From a virus, in the IMG/VR virus record IMGVR_UViG_3300033072_000139, positions 3,083 through 67,082 of that record: a DNA stretch of 64,000 bases. The stretch is one strand, 5' to 3'. This document shows, one piece after another, positions 49,094-59,397 of this stretch. Position numbers and translations under genes: made by a program. Each line of letters begins with the position of its first letter. Within the stretch, counting starts at the first letter, position 1. A model generated the notes under the pieces. It was not told the origin of the DNA. It did not search any database and saw only the letters and a program-made list of their open reading frames with translations.

Positions 49094-49717
49094 TTAAGCT
49101 TTATCTACACCATCGTTAACATTATCTTCTGGTGTTCCTTTTCTAATTTTTAATTGATTCAGTACTAAGTTAATCATATCTGAGATATATTCTTGAGGAA
49201 CATTAATCTCAGCAGTTAAGTCGTCATTTTCAGAACTTACCATTCTAACGATTGGTGCCTTACCCACTAAGTTTGTATAGCTCTTGAACCAAAGTTTTTT
49301 ACCTTCTGCCCAATAAAATATCTTACTAGGAGGATTCTTTAAGTTATCCATATAATCCAACTCTCTTACAGATATTGGTATTGGTGCTTTTGCTAAACCT
49401 GTAGACGTTGGGAATGTAACAGTTGATATGCCATAGCCTCTAGATAATCCTAATGGTACTTGAGGTAGTTCTGTATAATAGTATCCTGTATCTGTATCTA
49501 ATGTTACTGTTAAGTTTTTAAACGTAGCATAAAACGAATCTGCTACAGTTTCTATGCCATCTAACTTAATGGCATCTGTATAGTTGATTTTAGCCATATA
49601 AGCTATGGCTTGATTCAAGTATACATTTATTTCTTTCTCAGAAATACTTGCATCATCATTTGGCACACCGCCATACAAGATACGTCTTATCTGTTCTATT
49701 AATACTTTTCTAGTCAT
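49094..49717 (-). CDS. Tail ring/adaptor protein
   Basis: 207 aa, translationally coupled within the tail module. Confidence 0.6.
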   Translation of the reverse strand: MTRKVLIEQIRRILYGGVPNDDASISEKEINVYLNQAIAYMAKINYTDAIKLDGIETVADSFYATFKNLTVTLDTDTGYYYTELPQVPLGLSRGYGISTVTFPTSTGLAKAPIPISVRELDYMDNLKNPPSKIFYWAEGKKLWFKSYTNLVGKAPIVRMVSSENDDLTAEINVPQEYISDMINLVLNQLKIRKGTPEDNVNDGVDKA

Positions 49718-50379
49718 TATTGACCATCATTTTTAACTGTTAAAGATGCTCTTACTAAATCTCCATCTTTTAAATTGATTCCTATAATACCTATTGTTCT
49801 ATAGATAATGTCATTCAAATCATTTTCAGGCCATTCTAATTGAACGCTAGCGCCCGCATCATAAGTTAAAGTGCCTGTTACGGGAACCCATGCTGCATCT
49901 GCTGGCTTTCTAAAATAAACAATTTTAGCAGATGTTAATGTATTTGGGAAGAATTTAAAATTATTTCCTATCTCCGTGTACACAGGTTCTGTAAGAGTAG
50001 GTGCGTCTATTGCATTATTTACATAAGCAAATATCTTATCAGCCCCCACGCGTCTTATTGAAAAGTCATCATTGGTAGTTCTCATTGCTGATATCTTATA
50101 GAAGTCAGTTGGTTGAGCAGCTAATTGACTAGCTATTGTCAATGTCCCTTCTTTTAAGAAGACAGATAAAGAACCTCCAATAGTAACATTCTCTTGCATA
50201 CCAGAATATCTTCCAGGTCTTCGAGTTGCAGTTGCTTCCTGAGTTTCACCTGTAAGAAAGTTTAAGTATTGTCTCTGCGCTGTATTTACAGCCATGTTGA
50301 AATCATCTGGAGACAAATATGTTCCTTGGTACTTATCTACCAGATATGATACAACTTTGTATATATCGTTAATATTCAT
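49717..50379 (-). CDS. Tail ring/head-tail connector protein
   Basis: YLSPDDFN..AQ, YFRKP, LEWPE; ATG at 50379 sits 4 nt after TATATTTG. Confidence 0.65.
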   Translation of the reverse strand: MNINDIYKVVSYLVDKYQGTYLSPDDFNMAVNTAQRQYLNFLTGETQEATATRRPGRYSGMQENVTIGGSLSVFLKEGTLTIASQLAAQPTDFYKISAMRTTNDDFSIRRVGADKIFAYVNNAIDAPTLTEPVYTEIGNNFKFFPNTLTSAKIVYFRKPADAAWVPVTGTLTYDAGASVQLEWPENDLNDIIYRTIGIIGINLKDGDLVRASLTVKNDGQ

Positions 50380-50394
50380 ATTGCAAATATAAAT

Positions 50395-50423
50395 AAAAAA
50401 AGCCCCCTGTAGAAACAAGGGGC
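50395..50423 (-). terminator. Intrinsic terminator with TGTTTCTACA apex
   Basis: GCCCCTTGT-TTCT-ACAGGGGGC followed by T7 on the minus strand. Confidence 0.8.
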
Positions 50424-50456
50424 CCTAACCAATAAAACCATAAAACACGAAGCGTC

Positions 50457-51377
50457 TTAGGAATTAACCATATGTTTAATCTGAGAATAGAATTCCTTTC
50501 CTTTTTCAGTTAAGCAGAACTCTGATAGAAACTCCACAGGGATTTTACCATCAGGAATCTGAGCAATAAACGATTTACTATCGCCCCATATTGCCTGACC
50601 CTTAACTGAGCTTGTGTCTACTAACCCTGAAGCCATAGCCTTCTGTACTATATACTGAATCTTAACTAATGGGTTATTATAGGTTTTAATAAACATATCA
50701 GGCTTCTTATCGGCTACATCTAAGTAATCGAACCTGATAGCTTTGTCTCCTCTTTCTACATTTTGGCTATTAGTAAACTTAATACCAAGATATTTAGCAT
50801 GAGGAATCATCATATCTAATGGAGCTTCCATAGCAATCTTCATAGCCTGCATTCTAGTTTCAGCTTTCTCTAAGTTCTTTTCTTCTTCTGCTTGGAAATC
50901 AAGTAGTTTGTATAAAGACTTAGTTCCTGCCATTCTATTCTTGTTGCTTTCATTCATGTTGCTCTTCATCAAGAACTCAAGTAAAGATGGCTTATTAGCT
51001 GGCACTCTCAAATACCCATTTACGAATCTAATATCTGGTCTAGAGCGTTTTTTTTGCTCAGATAAGTGTTCTTGCTCATCTTCCCAAATTGTGCTTACGC
51101 CCTCTAAGTATCTAATATTTCTTTCTGTTCCTGTTTCTTCATCATAAATGATGTCAGCATTCTTAACAAGCCAATTTTCAGGATAAGGCAACTTACCTGG
51201 ACTTGTTACATAGAATTTCTGTGTTAATTGGAAAACGTAGAACTCTGGCTTTTTAGCCTGTCTTTTAGGAGCCTCTACCTTAATATCGGCTACCTCTTCA
51301 ATTTGATTTGGAGTATCTATGATATCAACGATATCTCCGTTTGCGTCAATAGTCTGTTTTTTCGTGGTTTTTGACAT
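50457..51377 (-). CDS. Conserved protein downstream of the major capsid gene
   Basis: RNIRYLEG..IWEDEQ, IRFVNGYLRVP; typical position in crAss-related head modules. Confidence 0.7.
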   Translation of the reverse strand: MSKTTKKQTIDANGDIVDIIDTPNQIEEVADIKVEAPKRQAKKPEFYVFQLTQKFYVTSPGKLPYPENWLVKNADIIYDEETGTERNIRYLEGVSTIWEDEQEHLSEQKKRSRPDIRFVNGYLRVPANKPSLLEFLMKSNMNESNKNRMAGTKSLYKLLDFQAEEEKNLEKAETRMQAMKIAMEAPLDMMIPHAKYLGIKFTNSQNVERGDKAIRFDYLDVADKKPDMFIKTYNNPLVKIQYIVQKAMASGLVDTSSVKGQAIWGDSKSFIAQIPDGKIPVEFLSEFCLTEKGKEFYSQIKHMVNS

Positions 51378-51405
51378 AATGGTTTGTTTTATGTTACAAA
51401 TATAA

Positions 51406-51440
51406 TAAAAAAAGAAAACCCCACCGCAAAGGATGGGGTC
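51406..51440 (-). terminator. Intrinsic terminator after the major capsid gene
   Basis: GACCCCATCC-TTTGC-GGTGGGGTT followed by a T-tract on the minus strand. Confidence 0.75.
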
Positions 51441-51460
51441 TCTTTATAATCAAGTTAAAA

Positions 51461-52801
51461 TTAGCTCTTAACGCTGATGTATTGATTTGCAGCAAACACT
51501 TGGATACCGCAGTATGCCATGTGGTGTACATTCAATTCCATCTTGTCAGAAGTAGGAACTTTAGCTAAAGCACCAGTTTCCCAAACCTTGATTTCTTTAC
51601 CAGCTTCAACTTCATTGTAAACGATACGTAATGAAGGAATCTTGTCGCCAGTCTGAGCATCTCTACCGTCTTTAACAGGGATTAAGATACCGCTATTCTT
51701 GTAGTACTCTGTAGAAGGAGCAACACCATAAACAGCTTCAGCATTGAAAGGTAAGTATTTCTTTAAGTGGAAAGTAGTACCATCAATCTTTAATGAATCG
51801 AAACCGTATTTGATTGCAACTTCGTTAGAACCACCAACTGAAGCCCATTGAATAGCGCCGTTAGTGTACTTGTTGAATAATGCATCGTCAACAACAGTTC
51901 TTAAGTAAGAATCCATTAAGAAATGGTATTCGCTAGAACCACCATTGAAGTCAGCAAGACGAGCAAGAGCGTGGAAATCGTCGATAGTGAAACCGCTAGA
52001 AGAAGCGTTCCATTGGTAAGTTTGACCACCAGCCTCGATTTGAGGAACAAGACCTGTAGTACCTACAGTTCCGCTAATGTTATCAGAAGGCTTACCGAAC
52101 ATTAATTTGAATTCTTTATTGTTCATGAAACGACGTACAGCTTCATCAAGACCTTTGTAGGTATAGTAAGCTTGACCGTTTACTTCGAAATAAAGTTCTT
52201 CAATTTTAGCCCTATCAGTGATAGAGAAATCTTCACGGATTTCAGTTGTGTAGAAAGTCTTTCTTTCTGTAAGACCTGTTAAGCTATTGAACTTGCTAGA
52301 TGCTTCACCAGCTTCTGTAAGACCACGGAATAACAAGTGTGCAGTTGAGTTAGCACCTAAATCTGTGTTTGCGTCGATTGTAGAATCTAACGGCTTGATT
52401 GTGCAAGCAGTTGCAGAAGCTACCGCAGTGATTTTGTACTGAACGCCAGTTGCAGCATTCTCTACTACTTCACCTACACGTAATGGGCTTTTACCGCCAC
52501 TAACGAAAGCAGAACTGATAGCAACGTCTACTGGAGCACCAGCAGCTACGTTAGCTAAAGCACCACCATCCAACTGAACCGCTGAATGTAATTTACCTTT
52601 TGTCTCAAAGTGGAAGAATTCGCGAGAAGGAACTGTAGCCTTCATGCCTAAAGCTTCTAATAATTGAGTGTAGTTCTGAGAACCATACTTCTCAATGAAT
52701 TTGTCATAGTACTGTGGTTTTAAGATAGATAAGTCAGAAACGAACTGACGGGCTACCTGACCACCTGTAGGCTGTACACTGCCTGGTTGTAAAACTGCCA
52801 T
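51461..52801 (-). CDS. Major capsid protein
   Basis: 446 aa following portal and scaffold; EKYGSQ, YGFDSLKIDGTTFHLK, C-terminal CGIQVFAANQY; followed by a terminator. Confidence 0.85.
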   Translation of the reverse strand: MAVLQPGSVQPTGGQVARQFVSDLSILKPQYYDKFIEKYGSQNYTQLLEALGMKATVPSREFFHFETKGKLHSAVQLDGGALANVAAGAPVDVAISSAFVSGGKSPLRVGEVVENAATGVQYKITAVASATACTIKPLDSTIDANTDLGANSTAHLLFRGLTEAGEASSKFNSLTGLTERKTFYTTEIREDFSITDRAKIEELYFEVNGQAYYTYKGLDEAVRRFMNNKEFKLMFGKPSDNISGTVGTTGLVPQIEAGGQTYQWNASSSGFTIDDFHALARLADFNGGSSEYHFLMDSYLRTVVDDALFNKYTNGAIQWASVGGSNEVAIKYGFDSLKIDGTTFHLKKYLPFNAEAVYGVAPSTEYYKNSGILIPVKDGRDAQTGDKIPSLRIVYNEVEAGKEIKVWETGALAKVPTSDKMELNVHHMAYCGIQVFAANQYISVKS

Positions 52802-52824
52802 TTTAAATTATTTTAATTTGTTTT

Positions 52825-53961
52825 TTAAATATTAAACATTGCATCCACCATCTTATCGTAGTCATTGGAGCTTATAGCTGCCGATTGTCTTGGAGAATTG
52901 CTATAATCAATATTCTTCATGCTCTTCAACAAATCTGCTTTTGCTTTGCTAACGGCTTGCGTTACCATAGAATTCACAACTTTGTCTCTGTTTTGTAAGA
53001 AGTAGATGTCTTCTGCAAGTTGCTTGGTATCGTACTTACCTTCCTTGTAGTAGCGATTACCGTAGAAAGACTCTAAATCGAAAGCTTTCATGGTGTCTTG
53101 AAGCTGGGCTTTCTCTTCTTGCGTTAGAGAAAACTTTCCGTCAAACTGAACATCCTCGTCCTTGTAATTGACGTTAAATCCATCAAAACTCCTCAAACCA
53201 TCTTCAACGCTTTTCTCAAACATCTCCCTGGCTTGTTGATATGCTTTCGCTTGCTCTTCTTGTTGAGCTGTCAAATACTGATTCACATACTCTTCAGGAT
53301 TCACATTTTGCTGTGGCGCCTGTTGAACTTGACTCAGAATATCTGGAAAACTAATGTCCTGTTTTAGCGATTGCAAGTAATCCTTAGCCTCTCTCACGTC
53401 TTTCTTAATCTCTCTTGCAATAGCTTTTTGCTGCTTCTCGATTTGTTTTCTCTTTGAAGCAATTTCTTCATCAGTAAGAAGTGATTCGTCAAAGTCTGAA
53501 TCTACAGAATACTTTGAGTTAAACTCCTCCTGAATCTCGTCTGGAGTCCAATCAGGATAGTCGTATGCCATCTTAAGCATAAGAACCTCATTTTCATCCA
53601 TTTTATCAAGTTCTGAAAGAACTTTCTGCTCATACATGATATCTGCTATCTGAGATATATCTCCGCTAACAAGGCTATCATATATTTGTTTAGCCATTTC
53701 GTTATTCCACTCAAAATTGAATGGCGTTGGGTCTTGGCTTTGAGCCTTACTATCATCAACCTGCGTATTTGTAGCAGCCTGATTATCATCCTGCGTATCC
53801 GCTTTTGGTGGTTCTGCAGGTTCGTTTTCTTCTTTTTTAGGTTCAGGGTCCTGTGGAGGTAACTCTGTTCCTGGTTGTGCTTCTTCTGTTTTCTTTTCTA
53901 TTTGCGTATCCTGTGTCGAATAACTAGATACGTCAAACGGGTTAATGTTCTCTTCGGTCAT
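52825..53961 (-). CDS. Capsid scaffolding-like acidic protein
   Basis: Highly acidic and coiled-coil, between portal and major capsid gene. Confidence 0.7.
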   Translation of the reverse strand: MTEENINPFDVSSYSTQDTQIEKKTEEAQPGTELPPQDPEPKKEENEPAEPPKADTQDDNQAATNTQVDDSKAQSQDPTPFNFEWNNEMAKQIYDSLVSGDISQIADIMYEQKVLSELDKMDENEVLMLKMAYDYPDWTPDEIQEEFNSKYSVDSDFDESLLTDEEIASKRKQIEKQQKAIAREIKKDVREAKDYLQSLKQDISFPDILSQVQQAPQQNVNPEEYVNQYLTAQQEEQAKAYQQAREMFEKSVEDGLRSFDGFNVNYKDEDVQFDGKFSLTQEEKAQLQDTMKAFDLESFYGNRYYKEGKYDTKQLAEDIYFLQNRDKVVNSMVTQAVSKAKADLLKSMKNIDYSNSPRQSAAISSNDYDKMVDAMFNI

Positions 53962-54008
53962 ATTGTTTGGTTTTATGTTGCAAATATATAAATATTATCA
54001 ATCATTTT

Positions 54009-56441
54009 TTATTCAGTCTCAGGCTGTTGCATCTGCTCTTCGTTAATTACCTCTTCTTCAGTAGCTGAAGGACCGCTTGATTGGGCTTCTTCTTTAGCAA
54101 TCTCATTAGACTCTTCGTCTACTTTTTGATTAACTGCATCACTCATTGCCTGTTCTTGTTGCGCTTGAGGGTCTTGTTGCTGTTGAGCCTGCATCTGCTG
54201 CATCATAGCTTCCTGTATCATCTCTTGCTGTTTTTTAGCAAAATAAGATCCAACAATCTGCTCTAGCTGAGGGCTTAATGGTCTACTTAACTCGAAAGAC
54301 TTAAGGAGACTTAATTGAACAAACTCCTGCTCTAACAAGTCTTTCTTCATTGTCATCTCAGCATTAACAATAGCTAATTTTCCTTGGCTTTGTATTTGCT
54401 CTAATTGAGCATCCATTTGAGCTTTCATTTGGATAGACTGCTGTTGAGATTGAGCATTCATCTCAGAATTCATTTGAGCCTTCTGAGCCTCATCTTTCTG
54501 CTTCTTCTTCTTAGCCTTAGTTAGATACATTTCAGCCAACTTGGTATTTTTAATACTTCTAATTCTGAAAGCATCTTCAAATTCAATTATACCTGCAGAT
54601 AACGCTGTTTGAATCATCTGCTCCATAAACATTCTTTCCTTATCGTCTGGAAGAACTTCAATTTTAATATCGAAAGATTTACCTTCTACATTATTAGGAT
54701 TCAAATAGTTTCTATATTGCTCTCCACCATACAATACTGAATCGTATAATAAAAGAGAAATCTTAAATGCTGTTTGTTGGTATATGTTTAAGTATGCATC
54801 ATATAAGAAATCGGTAGCGTTGTTAGATGCCTGTATTTGAGCCTGCTGAACACCAAGACCTAATTTAGGGTTAACACCAGCACCCTCTCTATATTCGTTT
54901 ACTCCAATTTCATCACGGAGCCTTTCTAGGTAATGGTTATAAACAGTAATTAACTCTTGAATCTGTCCTATACTTCCGCTATTTGGAGCTTCCTGTATTG
55001 GCAATCCATTTGTACCTTCTCCGTCTTCTGTGCGTCTCTTATAGTATATGTTACCTGTTTGGTCGTAAACCTTTTGAAGCTCTAATGGATTAAGTGCTTT
55101 ACCCTGACCAATATTGATATCAGACAATGAGTCTATATCTATAATTAAACCAGATGGTCTAAGCTTTGCAATTAATTGCTGAATCTTTAAGTGAGCCAAT
55201 GTCATCTGCCTGATAGATGTCTCCATTCTTTCAGGGATAGCCATGTTCTCCAAATCTAGATTCTCAAACATATATAAGCTGTAACTGAAATAAGCATCAG
55301 CCATTTCTTTTGCTACAGACGGCTTAATCATATTCTTAGCAACTCCCCACTCTAGCATTATGTCTGTATTAAGAACATAAACGCCACGATATATAACATA
55401 CATATCTCTAGTGAATAATTCTTTATTGTCCCCTAGTCTTTGAGGTGCTTTTTCTTTCTTCTCTACAATAAGGTTACCATACTTATTAGTCTTGAATTGA
55501 TACATCATGGTATCAATAGTCTTGATTTCGTAATCAATAACGTCTACAGTCCAATCATCATATGGTCTATCAATAGAATATCTAAATCTATCTTCCCACT
55601 TAACAGTCTGTGTGTGCTGCTTAGAATGCTTAGATAGTTCGTATATCTTTTCTTCAGTCATATTAGGGTAGTTATTCCTAATATCTACAATCTTCATAGA
55701 TACTATTTCACCTATAAATGAAACGTCTCTAAAATCGTCATACTGAGAGAATCCATAAAATAGGTTCTCAGGAACAACTCTTCTTATGTTTATTTTACCT
55801 GTATTAGCTACACTAACTTTTGTAGCTCCTACTCCAGTTTCAGATATATCTTCTAAAAGCTTTCTTTTGATTACAGGCCATCCATTCTCATGGAATACGT
55901 AATCGCATCCTTTTTCAAATAAAATTTCTTCAGGTAATTGATATTCTAGCCCAAAATACAATTCAAGCTCCTCATAGTCTTCTGGAACAAACCCTCCGTC
56001 TGGCATTAATTTAATTCCAACTTGCTCCTCTATTTGTCTTACAGAATCTCCATGATTCATTCTGAACTCCGCATTCTCTTTATCGTAAACCTTTCTATCT
56101 ACAGATATAGGGTCTACAGCAGAAGCTCTAACCTTTTCTTCTCTCTTCATGAATCCGCCTATAATAACCTGCATGAATTTAGGAGCGATTGCAGGTGCTT
56201 TCATATCTAGGTTTACGAACGCTTCTTTACCATCAACATTCAATAAGTCTAGGAATTCAGCCATTGGCTGTCTACCTCTAGAGAACTTTCTATTCTTCTC
56301 GAACTTCTTGTTTCTCCTGCTGAAATATCCACTATTATATGCCTGTTGCAAAAACTTAGATATCTTTAGGCCTTCTTTTTCATCTCTCTTCAGCTTGGAA
56401 TTACCAAGGTGAAAATTAAGTATTTGTTTATTCTCGCTCAT
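54009..56441 (-). CDS. Portal protein
   Basis: 810 aa directly after terL; APKFMQVI, LTHLKIQQ-like LAHLKIQQ, YDQTG, IGVNEYREG, Gln-rich C-terminus. Confidence 0.85.
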   Translation of the reverse strand: MSENKQILNFHLGNSKLKRDEKEGLKISKFLQQAYNSGYFSRRNKKFEKNRKFSRGRQPMAEFLDLLNVDGKEAFVNLDMKAPAIAPKFMQVIIGGFMKREEKVRASAVDPISVDRKVYDKENAEFRMNHGDSVRQIEEQVGIKLMPDGGFVPEDYEELELYFGLEYQLPEEILFEKGCDYVFHENGWPVIKRKLLEDISETGVGATKVSVANTGKINIRRVVPENLFYGFSQYDDFRDVSFIGEIVSMKIVDIRNNYPNMTEEKIYELSKHSKQHTQTVKWEDRFRYSIDRPYDDWTVDVIDYEIKTIDTMMYQFKTNKYGNLIVEKKEKAPQRLGDNKELFTRDMYVIYRGVYVLNTDIMLEWGVAKNMIKPSVAKEMADAYFSYSLYMFENLDLENMAIPERMETSIRQMTLAHLKIQQLIAKLRPSGLIIDIDSLSDINIGQGKALNPLELQKVYDQTGNIYYKRRTEDGEGTNGLPIQEAPNSGSIGQIQELITVYNHYLERLRDEIGVNEYREGAGVNPKLGLGVQQAQIQASNNATDFLYDAYLNIYQQTAFKISLLLYDSVLYGGEQYRNYLNPNNVEGKSFDIKIEVLPDDKERMFMEQMIQTALSAGIIEFEDAFRIRSIKNTKLAEMYLTKAKKKKQKDEAQKAQMNSEMNAQSQQQSIQMKAQMDAQLEQIQSQGKLAIVNAEMTMKKDLLEQEFVQLSLLKSFELSRPLSPQLEQIVGSYFAKKQQEMIQEAMMQQMQAQQQQDPQAQQEQAMSDAVNQKVDEESNEIAKEEAQSSGPSATEEEVINEEQMQQPETE

Positions 56442-56462
56442 AATTATAGCAAAAGTACAAAA

Positions 56463-58490
56463 TTAGATTACATCTAACTTGTAGGTTCTTACAGGCAATG
56501 TCGCCAATTTAACTTCTGTTTTGTTGTTTTCCAAAGATACACCAGAAAGTAGACTAATCATAAATGAAACCGTTCTATCGAACGGGGTTCTATGTTCATG
56601 GTCATACTTCAATAATTCCTCTAATAAATCAGGGAAATATATCTTCTCACAATGGTTTTCTATGTATGTAATACATGTATCCAATTGCCTAGCCAAGGCA
56701 AAAGCATCAGATGACGCAACCCCATATTTTACAGGCCCCTGCCTTCTCTTAAACCTATCTACTGCGGATTCTGGAGTTTTCATCAAGTATCCCTTATATC
56801 CTTTGTTTGAGAAATAATCAACAAAGTCATCACCTACGTCATTTTCATAACAAGCTTTGTATCCCCAAAATATAGCAGCTTTTAACATCTCTTCGTGAAA
56901 CAGACTCTTAAGCCTAGGTCTATCTACGTATTCTGCTATAGGCATGCATGTGTTATTTGGGTCTTTTATGTTCAACCTTTCAAATACATAGCAAGCTCCC
57001 ATAGACCCCTTCCCGCTAATAACGGAAGACTTGAATGGGTCAATACCGCTACTATAAATCTCTTTGTTAGCGGGAGTTCTCATGCCATTAATCTCTACCC
57101 ATTTATTCTGCATATCCTTTTCAGGGAACTTGTAGACTAGCCATGATCCATTAGGGTCATCTGCCCAATCTATTGTCTTATCGTCTTTCCAGAAAAGCCT
57201 TACCTTTCTAAGTTTAACCCTTTCTTCTTTCAGGAAATCTAGTTGGTCATATATCTTGTCTGCATTGAAGTAGCACTTCTTGGCATCAATCATAAACGCC
57301 TCTTCTTCCGTAAATGGATTCATACGTATCTCTTCTGATAAAGCCTTCTTGTCTGTAATGATTCTTCTTTGATTCAATAGATAGTCTTTACTTCCTATGT
57401 CTATCTTTAAACCATATCTCTCAAATATGTACTTCTTCTGCCTCTCAGTAGGAGCATCTATTATAGACATTCCATATTCATCAATAAAACCTTCGTACCC
57501 ATCATATGCAGGGCAGAAATACCTATACAATCCTGTTGCTGTGACAGACTCTTCAAATTGATTACTTCCGTCAAATAACTCCTTGTATGGCTCACCACCA
57601 GACTTTGCGTCATTCGCTGTTGATGGTATAAGGCAGAACCCTACCTTGATAGCTCCCCTACCTAAAGTCTTTTTAACGATAGGCCAATATTGGTTTACGG
57701 GGACTTCTTTGGGCCACTTACCTGCCTCGTCCATTAATAGAGCGCTAACACGACCAGAATCGTACGAGTTAAGCGCAGTATTCTTAAAGTTAATTTTAGA
57801 TTCTAATCCTATATCATCATTAAATACTTTACCCTTCTCTCTAGCCTTTGTCTTTCTTTTATCTTTCTTCTTCTTGAATACAAGCTCTGTCTTAGTCTCT
57901 TCGTCTTCTGCTCTAGGTTTAAAGAATATAGGTAAGTTTCTGTATCCGTTCATTACCATGTATACGAATGCGTCACTAGCGTCTTTACCCGTCTTTGATA
58001 TGATGCCACAAAAGGACTTTCTTTTAGTTATCGACTTCCATACTAAATAGCATGTAGCCTGAGACGTGGCACCCTCACGACGCTTCTTGATACGTATAAT
58101 ACCAAAGCATTGTGGGATAGATTCACAATAATCCTGGAAGTAATAATATCTCCTATCTACATCCCTGTAGTCAGGTGTATTACCGTCCTCTAGTGTCCAA
58201 TATGTTAAATAGAAATAATGTAATCCTGTTATGTATGTAGGCGTTCCGTTGTTATAGAACCAATATCCATTGTTTATCTTGTTCCATTCTTTTATTACAA
58301 AGTCACGTTGCTCATCAGAATATAGAGCGTTTTCATCTTCATCAAATTCAAGGTCTTCAAATATATCAGGAAGCTCTAGTTTATAAAACTTTTGGTCTTC
58401 CTCATCCATATACCAATTATCTATATCTTCCTTATTTGGAATATTAGGAGTCTTATATTTTATACCATATACCTCTTCTTCTTTATACAT
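56463..58490 (-). CDS. terL: Terminase large subunit
   Basis: YITGLHYFYL, KKRREGAT (Walker A variant), LLMDEAGKW (Walker B), GIDPF nuclease, YENDV, C-terminal FDRTVS. Confidence 0.92.
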   Translation of the reverse strand: MYKEEEVYGIKYKTPNIPNKEDIDNWYMDEEDQKFYKLELPDIFEDLEFDEDENALYSDEQRDFVIKEWNKINNGYWFYNNGTPTYITGLHYFYLTYWTLEDGNTPDYRDVDRRYYYFQDYCESIPQCFGIIRIKKRREGATSQATCYLVWKSITKRKSFCGIISKTGKDASDAFVYMVMNGYRNLPIFFKPRAEDEETKTELVFKKKKDKRKTKAREKGKVFNDDIGLESKINFKNTALNSYDSGRVSALLMDEAGKWPKEVPVNQYWPIVKKTLGRGAIKVGFCLIPSTANDAKSGGEPYKELFDGSNQFEESVTATGLYRYFCPAYDGYEGFIDEYGMSIIDAPTERQKKYIFERYGLKIDIGSKDYLLNQRRIITDKKALSEEIRMNPFTEEEAFMIDAKKCYFNADKIYDQLDFLKEERVKLRKVRLFWKDDKTIDWADDPNGSWLVYKFPEKDMQNKWVEINGMRTPANKEIYSSGIDPFKSSVISGKGSMGACYVFERLNIKDPNNTCMPIAEYVDRPRLKSLFHEEMLKAAIFWGYKACYENDVGDDFVDYFSNKGYKGYLMKTPESAVDRFKRRQGPVKYGVASSDAFALARQLDTCITYIENHCEKIYFPDLLEELLKYDHEHRTPFDRTVSFMISLLSGVSLENNKTEVKLATLPVRTYKLDVI

Positions 58491-59106
58491 CTACCTTAAA
58501 GTGCTTTTTAGTAAACCTATCAACTTTGTTAAATACATCTAAACCTAGCGCAGTCAATGCATACCTTTTAATAGTATTATCGCTAGATACAGATATTATA
58601 AAGTTATTCTTTTTGCCGTACCCAATGAAATTTGTAAAGCTATAACTTTCCCCTTCAAAGTCTTTTCTAAAGTCATCTCTTGTGAAAAACGTATATCTTC
58701 CAGCCCATAGGAAGAACGCACACTTGTCTAGTGGCATCTCTAGTATCTTAGATACTTTTTCTATCTGAAGAAGAAAAGAGTACATCTTGATAATAGCATA
58801 GTCTTTTGTCCTAATCTTACCCTTCCCTTCTTCTATACCTAGTTTCTTGTATTTGTATTTGGCATTAGCAGCAAATCTTTGAACATTCTGAAGGTGCTTA
58901 TTTAATCCGTAGTTTAATTGGTAAGACTTGAATAACTTATAGCCAAGCTCTCTAATCTTTTGGTTTTTCTGTTTCCTGACAGCAGATACCTTATCTGCAT
59001 TCTTTTTATTCAAATGCTTTTGAGCTTTAAGTAGCTTCTGAGTCTTTATGTACGCATCATAAATCTCTTCTTTGGTAGAATCTTTGGTTATATACGCTAC
59101 GTTCAT
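58483..59106 (-). CDS. Winged-HTH-like protein
   Basis: C-terminal RYALTALGLDV wHTH-like pattern; N-terminal coiled coil. Confidence 0.55.
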   Translation of the reverse strand: MNVAYITKDSTKEEIYDAYIKTQKLLKAQKHLNKKNADKVSAVRKQKNQKIRELGYKLFKSYQLNYGLNKHLQNVQRFAANAKYKYKKLGIEEGKGKIRTKDYAIIKMYSFLLQIEKVSKILEMPLDKCAFFLWAGRYTFFTRDDFRKDFEGESYSFTNFIGYGKKNNFIISVSSDNTIKRYALTALGLDVFNKVDRFTKKHFKVDV

Positions 59107-59396
59107 TTTACTAACTCTTCGATTAGTGGTTTACGTTTTGCCCTATCTTTATCTTCATCTCCTGTTAAAGCATTATCTATCTTTAACTTCTTCATGACAT
59201 CATTGATATCTCCAACGCTATTAAAGAATTTCATAACTCTCTCTAGAGTGCCATCGTCTTTATTTGACATGTCAACTTGAGTTAAGTCATTGTTATTCAA
59301 CAATATAGTTATCTCATTAAGCTTTCTATTGAGTGCATAATAAGCTCCTAAAATACCATCATCTTCGTAAAGCTTTATCTTGTCTTTGTCTGTCAT
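59103..59396 (-). CDS. Hypothetical protein (possible terminase small subunit)
   Basis: 97-aa helical ORF near terL. Confidence 0.45.
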   Translation of the reverse strand: MTDKDKIKLYEDDGILGAYYALNRKLNEITILLNNNDLTQVDMSNKDDGTLERVMKFFNSVGDINDVMKKLKIDNALTGDEDKDRAKRKPLIEELVK

Positions 59397-59397
59397 G

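Noticed and set aside
57583-58050. 155-aa + strand ORF inside terL
   Set aside because: Antisense shadow of the terminase gene
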